Below, in pieces: positions 50,334 to 63,437 of a stretch of DNA of 64,000 nt. The translations under genes were made by a program, and so were the position numbers. Under the pieces are notes generated by a model. That model ran no database searches, had not been told where the DNA came from, and was given only the letters and a program-made list of their open reading frames with translations. Source of the DNA: Phoronis australis (Eukaryota; Animalia; Phoronida); the NCBI GenBank assembly GCA_002633005.1, contig NMRA01000108.1, positions 415,006 to 479,005 on the forward strand. The letters are read 5' to 3'. How positions within the stretch are numbered: the first letter of the stretch is position 1; each line of letters begins with the position of its first letter.

Positions 50334-51142
50334 GATTACGAGTTGAAGACCCAGCCACAAACACGGGAATCTCTGGATATTCCTCTTTTGGTCAGCGTGG
50401 GGAATTTTGATTGGTCAGAATTTTAATTGAGGTCGCTAAAACAAATATAAATTTATTCTTGCTTGCCAATTATACGATAAATTCACCCAAGTTTCATTTT
50501 TGTGAATACAGACCACACCAAGCATTTTTGAATAATTTAAAATTGATAGTTGTCATATAGTGACTTTCTACTTTTAATTGACACTGCCCAACAGCTAGTA
50601 GTTCGCAATTTCACCACGATGCGTCGCTCTCAATTCACTTCACTAAAAACTTTGTGGATGCTGTTTTTAGTTTAAAAATAATTCTTTTAAAACCTTAATG
50701 TATGATAAATAAAGATATTTCGTAATTTATTTATCAATTAAAATAATTAAACTTATATCTTTAGATAAATAAACATGGTTTAAAGCAAAACTATTTCAAT
50801 TTTTTCTTAGCCACAGCTTTTGTTTTTCGCCGAGCGACATATTTCCCTTTCGTATCCACAGCAAACAACGAAGACTGAAGAAGTAAGATTCTATCGGCGA
50901 TATTATTCATCTGTGGTAAAATATCCCATTTCCTGTTTTAGTATTAAGTCACTGTCCTTAAAAGCTAACGATGGCAGTTTGTCAGTAACTCGAATTTTAT
51001 GGACTGATCGTGATGTATTCTTCTAATTTCAGTTGCTAACTCGGTGACTCTGGTAGAAAAATTAACTAGGGCCGAGAACGAAATAGATTCAGCGCTGTCT
51101 GGAGTTAATTTACTGTGGTGTGGAACTCAGTAAATAGACAAG
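50334..51142. promoter_or_regulatory. Divergent (bidirectional) promoter region DNAJC3 / CCDC39
   Basis: 809 bp between opposed start codons; ERSE, a second CCAAT near 50466, forkhead-like TAAACA/GCAAACA near 50770 and 50861. Confidence 0.7.
50396..50414 (-). promoter_or_regulatory. ER stress response element (ERSE-I, CCAAT-N9-CCACG) of DNAJC3
   Basis: Minus strand reads CCAAT-CAAAATTCC-CCACG, an exact consensus, 62 bp upstream of the DNAJC3 ATG. Confidence 0.85.
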
Positions 51143-51229
51143 ATGAGCAGCATTATTAGTGAGCTGGAATGGGATGAAGGGCTTACCATGCCCGTTGCCA
51201 ATGCCGAAAATAAACTGCTGGAGTCGGAG
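51143..51229 (+). CDS. CCDC39: CCDC39 exon 1
   Basis: [29 protein letters not shown]; gtaagg donor. Confidence 0.93.
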
Positions 51230-54200
51230 GTAAGGCTGAAGGATTTTCATTTGTAGATTTAGAATGCATTTTCAAGTTTGCAGACAGTCATGCATGCTAT
51301 ATTTCCCTTATTGGCTTCCATTTGTTTGGTTCTATGGATGAAGATCAACTTCTGCTGAGGACCAGTAAATTTTGAGGAAGCCTGTTTTGTCAAGGATCCA
51401 ATAAAAAGTTGCAATTTTAAGTCCTAGGTTCCATTGTTTACAGGCCTCTTATGGTGGTGAGGTAGACAATACACTTGGTTCATTTGTTCATTTTCAGCTG
51501 TCGAAGAATTGATTTTAATGAAAAACAAATGGTTGTCATACAGTTGTCAGGTTTTAGCTGCACATGATTGAGATTTAATTACAAAACCATGGCTGTGAGA
51601 TTTGTAATTCATACTCACACACATGTAGTTGTAACATTATTTTGAATCAAAGACAGTTGGTACATTTATAGATTAAGTTCACTGAATCATATTAGATTGG
51701 TCTTTGCCACAAGCATTAACTTACATAATAGATTGTTTGCTTCAGGTCCAGTCGAAACAGAAGCAGATTGTAACAGCCCAGTCACAACTGGATGAAAATG
51801 ACGACAGAGTTAATGCTATGTCCGAGCATTTGAAGAATGTTCGCCAGGAACTCATGCACACGCAGGTAATGACATTCTAAATTAAATATGTATTTGCATG
51901 CTCCTAACTATGTTAATTTATAGCAGGAACTAACGGCAATGCTATTTCAACGTAATCTACTCTAAACAAAGTGCAGTTGAATTCATTGGCTACTTGTAAA
52001 TGTGAAAATAAAATATCTGCAAATAGGTCACTTTGCACTAATGAATACCTCGTGGGATCACATAAGCCCGCATCATGCAGGGTTATTCCCCAGCACCACG
52101 TCACGATACTTACTGGACATGGTTCAATGATTTGCGATGAATTATTTTTACCACAAAATTCATTAAGAACATTTGGCATTTTTCAAGCTACTAATTTGGT
52201 CAAGCAATCACAGAAAATAATACCGTAATTAGCCTGCAATATCCACTTTAAAGTTATCCTGGCGCGTAATTATGTGCGCATACTTTTCAGTAAATATCTC
52301 TGGTTTTGTGATGTTAGAGGATTTTCAAATGCAATTAAGTCTATTGTTAATTGCTCATGGCAGTCTTTTATCGTGCATCACACATACACTGGTACGCAAG
52401 CCTGCTAAGCTTCAAAGAGCTATTATTGAAGTAATTGCTAGTGCCCTAATTGCTCTGCTTCACACTAAATAAATTTAATCAGCTTTTTTGATTTTGTCGA
52501 TGGTTGGTGATAGACAAAGTGTAAGGTATCTTGGAATGGGCTGTATTTCTACTTTCGTCAAAATACCCATTGGTTTGCTAAATCTTTCCACTGCCAATTG
52601 TCAGGAATATGTTTCATAAAACTTTGAAGAAATTTTTCCACTGGATGAGTTGTTGTATTGTGTCAAACATATTGTTTAGCAATGGCAAGGTAGCACGGGA
52701 TAACGCAGTGTAGTTGTTACTATCCAGTGCACAACAAAGCCCTGATGTATGCCTAACATTTTCTTGAAAATGTAGAGATTAGTACATCTATGATTGGCTC
52801 CCTGTGGCCAAGTCAAAAATTGTGGCTGTACTGGGCTTGTGCTTTCAGCAAAAATCCTTCAGTTTTAGCTTTTACCTAGAATTCGGATTAAATGGTAATT
52901 CAGGAGTACTTTAATATATGTGTTAGCTTCATTCAATCAAACTGTTGATGGCTGAAATAGGAAGCACTTGTAAAAACAATCCTGGTATACAAAATTTTCT
53001 ACTATTTGTGTAAAATGATTAATAGAATTACTGAATTATTTTTGATGAGTATTGTCATTTCACTGAACGTCTCATGTTTCAGAACTTGGTCAATGCTAGA
53101 AAGCGTGAAGTGGAGACAGAGAAGCACATGCTGGTGATTGCCGAGCGTGAGGAGGGACGACTGAAGCAGGAAATAGATAAACTGGACAAGGAGCTTGATG
53201 AGCTGAAGGATAGGAAGAACATCTATGAAGTGAGACAAAGAACATCAACAATACTTAGTTTCAAAACTTAATCTAATCATTTGTCTAACTGAATCATCAA
53301 TTTCTTTGAGATTTCATACCCTGCTTTAAAAGTATTTTTCATGGTTCTGAAAACTAATCCCAAAGCATTTAACTTAATCACTGAGCCCAAGATATCAATT
53401 TTGTTATTACTATGCAACTATGAGTATTTCCATTTTAGAATAATATCTACAAGCAAACCAAGCGACTGGAAGAACTGAAGTCTCAGATGAACTGGGACCA
53501 GCAGGCTCTGGAAGCGTGGCTTGAGGAGTCAGCGAGGAAGGATGAGGATGCTATGACCCTGCAGAAGTACAGCAGGCAGGATGAGTCCAAGATTAAGGTA
53601 GGAGGGAATGATGCACTAGCTCGTGGCTCCATCTATTGTTCACTCCCAGAACCTGTCTACCTTTTTCCTTTCGACTGACAGTCATATTGCTTTCAGTGCA
53701 TAAAATGACCACAGACTAATTCCAGCATTATACCGAGTCCAGCCTTCACTGACAATGATTTTCAATTCTTATCACGCCCAGAAATCACTTCTAGTTTAAG
53801 TAAGGTTATTACATTTATAATTCTAATTGTCCTTTGACATAAGTGTTACTGAATGTACTTCAAATTATATATCAGCGTTATACAAGTGGAAATTATCAGT
53901 ACTTTCATAACCTTTTATCCCTAGTGTTAAAGTGCAGAGTGCCTTTGGTTCATTTTCCACCTCTGTTGTGATTTTTGCAGGAGTTGTCTCTTCGCATGGA
54001 GCGGTTGACAGATGAGTCACATGACAAGAGAAAGAACCTTGAGCACGAAACCATGGAAACACTATCTGCTCAGGTATTGAGATGCTAGGATTGTTCGATC
54101 TGATTTGAAACTTAGCAGTTCTGTTCAAGTCGTTATGCTTGATGTTCAGTTGTTATTGTTGACCTGGAAATTCAGCAATCTCCATTAAAATGTTTTTTGT

Positions 54201-57200
54201 TATATTATTGGTAAACGCTGTTTGTGCTTGGTGTTAATGGGTAATTTTCATGACGCAGATTGAGCTTGATAAAACTGCTGAAGAGTTCCGCAAAGCTCAC
54301 GCTGAGAGACAAGAGTTGATAGCGCGCTGGGAGAACACCATTGAACAGATGCAGAAGAGAGACAATGAAATGGATATGCTGGCCAATGTAAGATTAATTC
54401 CTTGTCAAAGTATCAATGCATATGACTGAAAGTTATTACTTTTATGTTTGTATGCCACGTGTTTTTGTCTTTAGTAACTGTCTTCTTTCACTAGATACTT
54501 TTTGAATATTTCTAGTCTCAAAACAGAAGCTTTTGATTTGAAAACTGACATGTTTCAGTCACAGGTGGGTGGAGTGTCACAGCACAAATCACAAACAACA
54601 ATAAAAGTAACTATTCAAAGATTATAAATTTACTTATTGGTTTTGGTTAGTTGTTGAATCCACTTCCTGTATCGGTATGATGTGTAATCAATGAATTTCC
54701 AGTGGTCAGACTGACCATAGTATTGGCCAGCTATAACGATTTTACGAAATGAACTGATTTTTTTTTTCTCTGCAGCATTTTTATTAGTGTTAAGCTGAAT
54801 GTTTATATCCTTTTCGAAATCTTATGTTTTGGTGAATGTATACATGTCACTTGTAGCACTTGACAAGGTTGAAGATTGAGGTGCGCAAGCGTGAAGATAC
54901 CATCAAAGAGAAACAACAATTCTTGGATGGTGAGAACGCCAATAACCAGGAGCTGGAAAAGAAGATTACACTCGCCGAGAGGCTGTCAGCAAAGACCAGA
55001 CTGGACTACCAAGAGGCCGATGCTGATAGGGATAGATTTGCAAATGAGGTAGGCTGCTACTTGTTATAGAAACTGCACCAAACACCCGAATCCATTTTTC
55101 ATTCATAACGTAGAATTGTCGTGAGGACTTGACAGGGATCTCAGGGGTCTCACACTCCGCTGATTTATCCCCATTATTTTGAAAACGCTTTGCCCAATCA
55201 CACATTGGGTGTCATAAAAGAGATAAGCATACCAGCAGCTGACGAAGCAAGTAGAACTACTCTCATTTGTCACATTGGTGTAGACTCACAGTTGAACTGT
55301 GGTTTTCTGTTGACCCCAGACTGTCCGGAGTTGCACCATGTACCAACTCCGGTCGGTCTCTCATGACGATTTAGCGTTATGAAAACACACATGTAACACA
55401 TCTAGACACATACACTTAGTCTACTTAAGACCGAGCTCAGAAGCTGGAGACTTGAGTAAAGGAATGGAGATTTGAACCTAGTATGAACTTATGAACTTGA
55501 GGCAGACACACAACTTTCCAAGCCGCACCGTCTCCTCTCAGTGGCAGTAGTTACAGTGACATTAATTGATTAAATAATCATTTCTTTATGTTGATTTATT
55601 TAAGGTTTGTCAATAATGATAACAATGTTGACCGTGTTACGGGATTAGGTTTGAGTCGCAGTTTGGGCCAAGGTAATTTTTTACTCGAAATGATTATATA
55701 GGTCACATGTAAGACTGTGTGTTTTACATCCTCTTTACAAAGTTTGTTTTCTAATATTGGTTTATTGGTGTTAGTATTATATTATTGTGCCTGAGCTCCC
55801 TGCAAGATTAGCGTTTTACATCGAATAATAATTCATGATAATTACAACAATAATATAATGATAATAATATTAGTTATAGTAATGGTAGCGATAGTCATTA
55901 TTTTAATGTTGACATGGTTTGACGACTGGGCTTCAGGTGCCAATATCGAACATGTAAATGGTAGAGGTGTCAGTGTTCCCAATGTTAGTGAGATTGAGTG
56001 GATTCAGTGTTGCTTTATCGTTTATTATGTTTCCAGCTTGAGGCCTTGAAGCGTACTGTTGATCGAACTGCTACAGATCTTGAGGTGACTAGAACACAGG
56101 TCAAGGGGCTGAAACGTGAAGTGGAGGAGAAGACACACAAGTAAGCATTTGCTATTACTCTATTTTAATTATTATACCTGCACACATCTCATTATCTTAT
56201 ATCTGAGGAAGCCAGAATAATTATTAATTATTATTAATACAAAAACGAACCAGAATGATAGCATGCAGCAATATTTTTGTGCAAACTGTTTAGTAGCCTA
56301 GAGTTAAGATTGATGTATGTTTTTGGCAATGTCTAGTCACACTTTTTTAAAATACCATGCTTTTCTTTTTTGTTTTGATTGTAGGAATTCGAAAAAATCG
56401 ACGTACATTTTTTTTTTCTTTTTAGTGCTGTTTAGGATGAATTTAGATCCTGTAAGGTCATTTAAAATCTCATTTTAAAATCTAAAACTGGCCAATCTTG
56501 TAAGAGGATGAAGAAAGTTGCTATGCCTGTAGGCAACTTGATAATTTTATTTTCCTCTCAACAGATTAGAACATGCGCAGGAGGTGAGAGAGCAGTTACA
56601 GGACAAGTTGAAAGTGGCCACAGAGGCGGAACTGAGCGCGGAGGAACTGGCATCTCGCATGGACGAACTGATGGCAGATCAGGAAAAGATTCAGAAGGAT
56701 ATCGATACTGAGCTGAAACACTTGAGGGAGCAGCAGTTCCAGAAGAACCAGGAGTTGTTTAATGAAAGGAAAGAGGAGAGAAATTCAGAGGGCATCATCC
56801 AAGGGAGTAGGGCTGCCGTCAGGAACCTGAACAGTAAAATATACAAAGTGGACCATGACTCACTGAAGCAGCAGGAGATCATTTATAACCAGGTGGGTGG
56901 ATAAGTGCTACTTGGGGTCATTTGCAGCTAATTTCTTCAAATAATGAAGGAACAAATTATAGCAACGTTTTCAAGCACAACACCTTTTGACAGATTTTTT
57001 TCTTGTAGTATTTATTTAACAAATTTTTGAACTGACCTGAAAATGTTTTTTTATTATTTGTACTAGAGTGTAAAAAAACCACTCCTACAGCCTTGTTTGA
57101 ATTAGTTATGCTTTTGAGAATGAAAATCATTGTTTGCAATTTTAAAATTGTTGTTTTTTTGTTTTCTGCTGTTTTATTTAATTTACACCTCAGTGTTGTG

Positions 57201-60200
57201 CTGGTAATGTTCATCTATGTACTTGTTGATGCAGAGAACTAGACATCATTGAAATCTTTGACATGGCAATTGAACTTATTTTTATTTCTTTTAAATCAGT
57301 TCAGTCTGACACAAATATCTTATACCAACATTAGTATATAAACATGTTGGTAAGTGAAGGAGTCGGACAATATTCCATCAAATACTAGTACATTCTTCTA
57401 ATAAAAGTCCACCCAAGTCAATGCAATTAGTATACAGATTAACAACACACAATGGACTAAAACTGCAACTATTGTTATTCTCAGGACTTTGCCATTCAAC
57501 AACTTGAGCGGCGTATTAATCGCATGCAAGGTGAGCGAAGTAACGAGGAGAAAGTAGTTCTGGAGGCACGTATCAAGGAGCTTTCTGAGGAACTGGATGA
57601 CAGGACACAGAGGAATGATCTACTCAAGATGCAGTTGAAGAGACTGCAGGTGAGACGAATGTAGAGAAGAGATAGGAAATTCATTACCCAGAAGGCATGT
57701 GCACTTACCTTGTGCCTGCCTACAATGGCATTTTTGTCATACATCATCCTTGCCTAGTTTGTTATGTTTCGTCCTAATGTTACCCATTCTTTGCTAAGGT
57801 GTAGTTTTGCCCCCTTTCATCTGCATTCATAAGCTGGAACCCCTAGCCTTGATATTATAAGCACATGGACGCTAAGTACAAATTAACCTGTCACACACAA
57901 CATGGAATGGATCATCCCAGCTGTTGAGACAAGCCCTGTGGTACAATTTGCAATGCTGTAAATTTATTCTTTCAAATATCAAGTTACAAATGAGTTGACG
58001 TGGCTACCGTCGCGTAGTGCACAATGTTCAGTTGTTGGTTTCAAAGAGTCGCTGACACACCAGTTGAATTTGGATTGGATGAGTTGCTTAGTGTGCGGCA
58101 TGCTTTCCTGTACTTCCACTTGTGTTTGAACTTACCTGAATTAATACTGTAAGATTGAATTTACAGGATGACATTCGACGTGTCAAGCGGGACTTGGAGA
58201 AGAGTGGCGATGAAAAGTCGACTTTGATCAGTAAGATAGAAGAACTTAATTTGCATAACGAAACATCGGAGAAGGAACTGAAACAACTGAAGTTGTCTAA
58301 ACAGGTGAGTCATTGCTCTGAAGATACCAATAGCCATTTTTCCAATATAACGGTAACATGATGAAATACACTTTATCACTAGGTGGCAATAGTGTAGTTG
58401 GTGGACAGTGTTGTGCATTCTTATTTGGATTCAATGCAGAGGATGTTTCCCTGCATTTATAAATTCGGTGCAACTATCTTGCCATCAAATTTGCACTGTT
58501 GTGCATTCGGATATTCAAATTATGTCCAATTTCTCAAAATGTCTGCGAATGACAGAATTTGCATTTACTCAAACCAATTGAAAATTTAAACTAAATAGCT
58601 TGTGACGAATTTGTAAGTTTTATTTGATACTGATATTGAAATGACTTTTCATACGAAAATTTTGTAATGAACTGGTTGGATCTCTCTTATTTTAGGATCT
58701 TATGGTTGATGAAAACATCCTGAAGTTAGAAATCAAAAGAAACAGAGACCGTCTCAACAACAAAGCCGACGAAGTATTTTCTTTGGAGAAGAGGAAGCTG
58801 CAACTGGAGACAGTAAGTTATCAATTTCTTATTAATAATTAAATTTTGTTATCTTTTTTCTCAAGTGATCATATCTTGTGTTTATTGTTTAGAGAGGATT
58901 CATTCTGAAGGGTGTCCAACAGACGTGTACTGAATCCATGTGAGGTACTTGTGGCAGGAAAATTTTGTGGTGACCTACATGTAGTGATTGTGTCGCGAAT
59001 TACCAAACATAAACAACACTCGCCATTTGTGTAAAATGCGTGTCCCCAGGTAATGGTGAAAGTAGGCTAGTTCTACAAACAAACACTAGGAGTCACTAGT
59101 TGTTGTTTAGCAGCTTGAACATCTGTGCCCTATGATAAAAGTTCTATTAGTTGTGCATTCATGTTAATTGGTGCTTTGTTATTTCCAGGCCATGAAAGAG
59201 AGAAAAAATGAGATAAACATTCACCGTGAGATGTTGACTGCTCAGTGCAGGGCTGCCGATGATGAACGACAACAGATCAGCTCAGAGCTGCATGAACGAA
59301 TCTCCAAGATAGACAAACTCAGAAAGAGGTTGGTGCAGTACCTAGTAATATTTTGAGAACGTGTACTAGGCAGATGTCTTAGTTGTATTTTATTTGAAAG
59401 TTTTGTTATGATTATGCATTGTAATCATGGTAATAATATTAGGATTTCAAAAAAAACTGTGTTGTTTGTTATTACTGGTCTTATGATTGCTACATTAAAT
59501 TTTGAATACGAACTGTCTTTATCTCAGAAATGTTTATGACCAATAGTCCTACAGTCGAGCTACATTACGTTATGTCTGGTTTATGTTTGTTCACTTATAA
59601 CTTTTCATTCCATAAGTCCCAAACCAGCTATATTAAACACAAATCTGATTTAGTTACAACAAACTTTGCTCATAATGAAAATTTTAGAGAAGTCCGTGGA
59701 GGTTTGTTGTAACAGGGTTTGGCTGCACTGGAATAACTTGTTTTATGTATTTTTCTTTAATAATGAGACTGTTCTGTTCATTTGCTTCTGTGTGGGAATT
59801 TTAATTCACTTGAAAGTCTTATTGGTTATTTAAAAATAGCAAAGTAATATACACTAAACGCTACTGGTTCTTTCCTTAGGTACGAGATCTTGATGATATC
59901 AATGGCGCCCCCTGAAGGCGAAGAGGAGAGATCTCAAGCGTACTACGTTATTAAGGTGGGCAATTTATTTCCATAGCCTCTTGGTCTTTTTGTGGCATGT
60001 TCCGTCTTGTCCATTTTATGAAGCATCTTGTTTTGTGTCAAAGCTCAATGAAAATCTGGTACAACTGTTTGATAAATCGTGCAGTTTGCAAACATCATAT
60101 TGCATATTGCACACAAAAGCTACCAGCTCCAACATAGTTTGAGGAAGATTCAGCTTAGGAGTCAACAATGTGAAGTAAAAGAACAATTGCTATGGAAAGT

Positions 60201-63200
60201 AGGAAGTGATAAACATTTCGTGATCCTTTGACAGACATGAAATCGAAACACTAAAGTCTGTACTAACCATTGAGTGTCAGAAGTAATCGGACCAACTTCC
60301 TTTTCCCTAGAACGGGTGATGATGTCATAACTTAATATTCTACCCTGTTCTTAGTATACAACTGTCTCAGTTGGCCTGTGTAAGCTTAAGAAGAGGTTTA
60401 TGGTCCTGGCTGAGAAGTTATTTGTTTTATTACCCTCTGTGGATCAGTGAATAGCCAAGCCCGGAATGTGAACGGACTACTTGAAATTTTGGGACAATTG
60501 AGACAATGAAGCAAGGGTGTTTGCCTCTTTCAAATAATTGTTTCATCCCATTGGTCTGCTCTGTGAAACACATCAGTATGAACGAAATACAAGAAACAGT
60601 AAATGTGATTGGTGAAGTACATAGTTTCTTATTTATTTTGTGCATACGTAGAAGGAGGATCATGGCTGATGGACAATATACCAGCTGTGACTTGTGTGGT
60701 AGACAGTGTGCTCGCCTTATAAGCACTGAAGGGTCCTGAAATTGACAAATAAATTCACTTTCAGGCAGCTCAAGAGAAAGAGGAACTCCAACGAGAGGGT
60801 GATGACCTAGATGCCAAAATACGTAAGGCTGAGAAGGAAATCCGTGCACTGGAAAACACTTTAAAGTTGATGAATGTCCGCAACTCCACCTACAGGCAAA
60901 GTTTCAATAAAGTCACAGATACAAGTAAGATTTTCCTATTTTGGGGTTTGTGTCATAAATCCATAAGTCTCACAATATTGTGGTTCCACGCAACATTCTG
61001 CAGAATTTTCTCAAAAAAGACTCTGCACTTGAATGGGTCTTATGGTAATTCTTAACCTATTTACCACACAATATGGCATGCAGGAGATATTTTCTTTTTT
61101 CAAATTTCTCATCGCAATCTAACTTGGATGTAAGCTTACTCTCATAATAGAATGGTCTGTACTGTACAGTTGTGATCTTGTAAACATTTGAGTATTTGCA
61201 TTTAGGATGTAGAAATGTTTTCAAACTGATGATGCTGGTTCTTATTTTTAAGCGAAGTGACTGAAGACTTTGTCTAGTCATGTGTTATTGTATGAATGCA
61301 AAAATGAATCAAAGTATTGGACTCTGCAAGCCTTTGAGTGAAACGGGATGTTCTAAAGTAATAGAAACACTACAAAAGCTCTGCTCGGTATACCTCTAAG
61401 AAAATTTTACTCTGTTCATATCATATGGTCTCTATTGTAAAGTTGAACAGCATCTGTTGAACATTTGATTATTTTCAAGTTTGTAAGCATTTGGAAAGTA
61501 TCACACTGTCGGTTCCTATTTTGTGTAAAATGACTGAAATATTACGATGACGAGGTGTTGTCCTGTTGGTGCAAATTGAAACTAAACAGTTGGAATCATA
61601 TATACCGCAAGATATTGGCGCGCATTACCTGTGAGATGCGTGATCACACTTGCTTATCTCGCCATTTGTCTTGCGTTTGTGGAACTAGAGACTATTTATA
61701 GCATATGGTGGAAAGCATTTAAAACCTGATAAATGACACTTTTGTAAATTGTTTCTAATCCATACACTTGTAATCACGTCGCTTGCCCTCTCTTGAAGGT
61801 GAAGAGATGGATGAGAGACAACAGTTGGAGGAACAGCAACGTGCTGTCATGGACAAGTTCAAGTACAAGCGGCGACAGATAAGGGAGCTGCAGGATGACT
61901 TACAGGTAGAGTGAAATCGCACGGCGCGCAATAAGAAATGTCAGATTTATGTTTACTGTGCATCACACCTCGGCAGTGGCACGTTTATGATTGAGGACTT
62001 ATTCGGATTAATGGTTGTAGTTCAAGTGCCACATTGCACTTATGTCAAGCCGAAGTGGTAGCTTCAAACAGTAATCAAGTAGCAACATTGAATTTCGCCA
62101 TTGAAGCACTCAGTAACTCCATTTGTTCCATCGTTATTTAATTATGAATGCTAACTTGCTATATAAAGGAATGAAAATGCTTTTTATTCTTCTCCCTGTG
62201 AGGAATATTATCCAAAAATATGATCCATGCTCTGGTGTCAAGTTGGCCTTTTATGCCAGTGGCAAATTTCAGTTGTATTGTGGGAATGCAAACCATCCTG
62301 TCAGACTAGTGCTCACAATGTAAAAGGCTACAAGTAAACTTAAATACTGTGGCACATGAAATGTTGTATTGAACAAAGTACTGATCTTGTGACTGGTTTT
62401 GGCAATACCCTATATATGCTATCTAAGAGGGCTTTCCTGGGCCATTCTCATTCAGAAATACACCATGGTTCTGTTGCAACAACACTTTTGTTATTTTTGC
62501 AGACAATGAGTAACACGTTGTCAACGCTAAGCCGAGACGAGTCGGCGTACACTGAAATGATCCAGGAGAAAGAGAACAAGATCACACAATTGACAAAAGA
62601 CTTGGAAGAACTACAGGTGAAAATTGACAGATCGGCCAAACAGGTACATAACGTTTTGAGAATAAGGTTTTGGTTTAAAATAATACTGTAGTTGATCTTA
62701 TACGCGTTGCATCATATGTGCGCAGGCTGCTCACCTCGGCCCATATTGCACCAAACACCTGAAACCATTTTCCATTTATTAAACACTAACTTATAACACA
62801 TAGATGTATTAACACATTTAGACGGAGATGAGGAGCTAAAGATCTTATTACTCAAGAGTCCAGCAGTGGGGTCCAGTTGTATTCGTACCTCATAAACAGG
62901 AGATAAACAGATATGCTTGACCCACTAAGTCACCCAGTCTCCTCCTTTTTCTGATTGGCGTAGATCGTGTTAATTTGTGGTATTCCTATGTTCAAATTTA
63001 TCAAGTGGAAATAGAAATTATTCAAGTCTTCCTGGTGGTTGGTGGATGATGGAGCTCTCCATTAACTTCTCACGTTGTTTGAAACTTGTGGTGAATTTGC
63101 GAGTGTGTTCTACAAAGTGGGCCTCTATCTTGTGAACTGCAGTACTTTGAAAACATCTTCAATAATCCAATTTGAGTTTTTCCGTTGGATTGTTTAAGAC

Positions 63201-63437
63201 TTTAGTTACAATGTGCTATCAACACCATTTTAGACATGTTGGTTTCTTCTTTCACAGAATGCAAAATACGCCAGAGAACTGAGGGCCAGTAAGAAAGCGA
63301 AAGACGAGCTGCCCGAGGAAAAAGATATGGAGATCCGAGATTATCGTGAATTCAACAAGAACATGGTGAAAATGATCGGAGAAGTCGTTACACAGTTTCC
63401 GGATCTAGGCCAGGCTGTGAATCTTTACTTCCAGCAG
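51143..63437 (+). CDS. CCDC39: Coiled-coil domain-containing protein 39 (axonemal 96-nm ruler, FAP59), 18 exons in window, 3' end beyond window
   Basis: Exons 51143-51229, 51746-51865, 53083-53229, 53439-53597, 53981-54073, 54259-54387, 54857-55048, 56037-56140, 56565-56892, 57485-57649, 58167-58304, 58696-58812, 59189-59328, 59880-59955, 60765-60924, 61799-61905, 62503-62643, 63258-63437 join in phase (861 codons). Diagnostic: [97 protein letters not shown]. Confidence 0.96.
51746..51865 (+). CDS. CCDC39: CCDC39 exon 2
   Basis: [21 protein letters not shown]. Confidence 0.94.
51918..52251 (+). mobile_element. Non-autonomous DNA element family D, copy in CCDC39 intron 2
   Basis: Shares AAAGTGCAGTTG, TTTGCACTAAT and TTATTCCCCAGCACCACGTC with the 19255 copy; ends TCCACTTTAA. 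Confidence 0.75.
53083..53229 (+). CDS. CCDC39: CCDC39 exon 3
   Basis: [27 protein letters not shown]. Confidence 0.95.
53439..53597 (+). CDS. CCDC39: CCDC39 exon 4
   Basis: [22 protein letters not shown]. Confidence 0.96.
53981..54073 (+). CDS. CCDC39: CCDC39 exon 5
   Basis: [10 protein letters not shown]...ETLSAQ. Confidence 0.93.
54259..54387 (+). CDS. CCDC39: CCDC39 exon 6
   Basis: [35 protein letters not shown]. Confidence 0.95.
54857..55048 (+). CDS. CCDC39: CCDC39 exon 7
   Basis: [22 protein letters not shown]. Confidence 0.94.
56037..56140 (+). CDS. CCDC39: CCDC39 exon 8
   Basis: [16 protein letters not shown]. Confidence 0.93.
56565..56892 (+). CDS. CCDC39: CCDC39 exon 9
   Basis: [14 protein letters not shown]...[11 protein letters not shown]. 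Confidence 0.95.
57485..57649 (+). CDS. CCDC39: CCDC39 exon 10
   Basis: [23 protein letters not shown]. Confidence 0.95.
58167..58304 (+). CDS. CCDC39: CCDC39 exon 11
   Basis: [19 protein letters not shown]. Confidence 0.94.
58696..58812 (+). CDS. CCDC39: CCDC39 exon 12
   Basis: [15 protein letters not shown]...[13 protein letters not shown]. Confidence 0.94.
59189..59328 (+). CDS. CCDC39: CCDC39 exon 13
   Basis: [16 protein letters not shown]...[15 protein letters not shown]. Confidence 0.94.
59550..59727. mobile_element. Degenerate Tigger/pogo-like MITE
   Basis: TACAGTCGAGC... left end and ...GTTGTAACAGGGTTTGGCTG right end resemble TA-CAGTCGAACC-type TIRs. Confidence 0.4.
59880..59955 (+). 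CDS. CCDC39: CCDC39 exon 14
   Basis: [25 protein letters not shown]. Confidence 0.94.
60765..60924 (+). CDS. CCDC39: CCDC39 exon 15
   Basis: [33 protein letters not shown]. Confidence 0.96.
61799..61905 (+). CDS. CCDC39: CCDC39 exon 16
   Basis: [28 protein letters not shown]. Confidence 0.95.
62503..62643 (+). CDS. CCDC39: CCDC39 exon 17
   Basis: TMSNTLSTL...KIDRSAKQ. Confidence 0.92.
62832..62945 (-). mobile_element. Degenerate SINE family C copy
   Basis: GAGCTAAAGA...ACTCAAGAGTCCAGCAGTG...CACTAAGTCAC...CTCCTCC is collinear with the 48520 copy. Confidence 0.5.
63258..63437 (+). CDS. CCDC39: CCDC39 exon 18 (last in window)
   Basis: [15 protein letters not shown]...NLYFQQ; cacag/gtttgt. 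Confidence 0.92.

Noticed and set aside
50548-50565. RFX X-box candidates (GTTGTCATATAGTGAC; also ~50976 and ~51032)
   Set aside because: Spacing or half-sites deviate from GTNRCC-N0-3-RGYAAC; cannot be distinguished from chance
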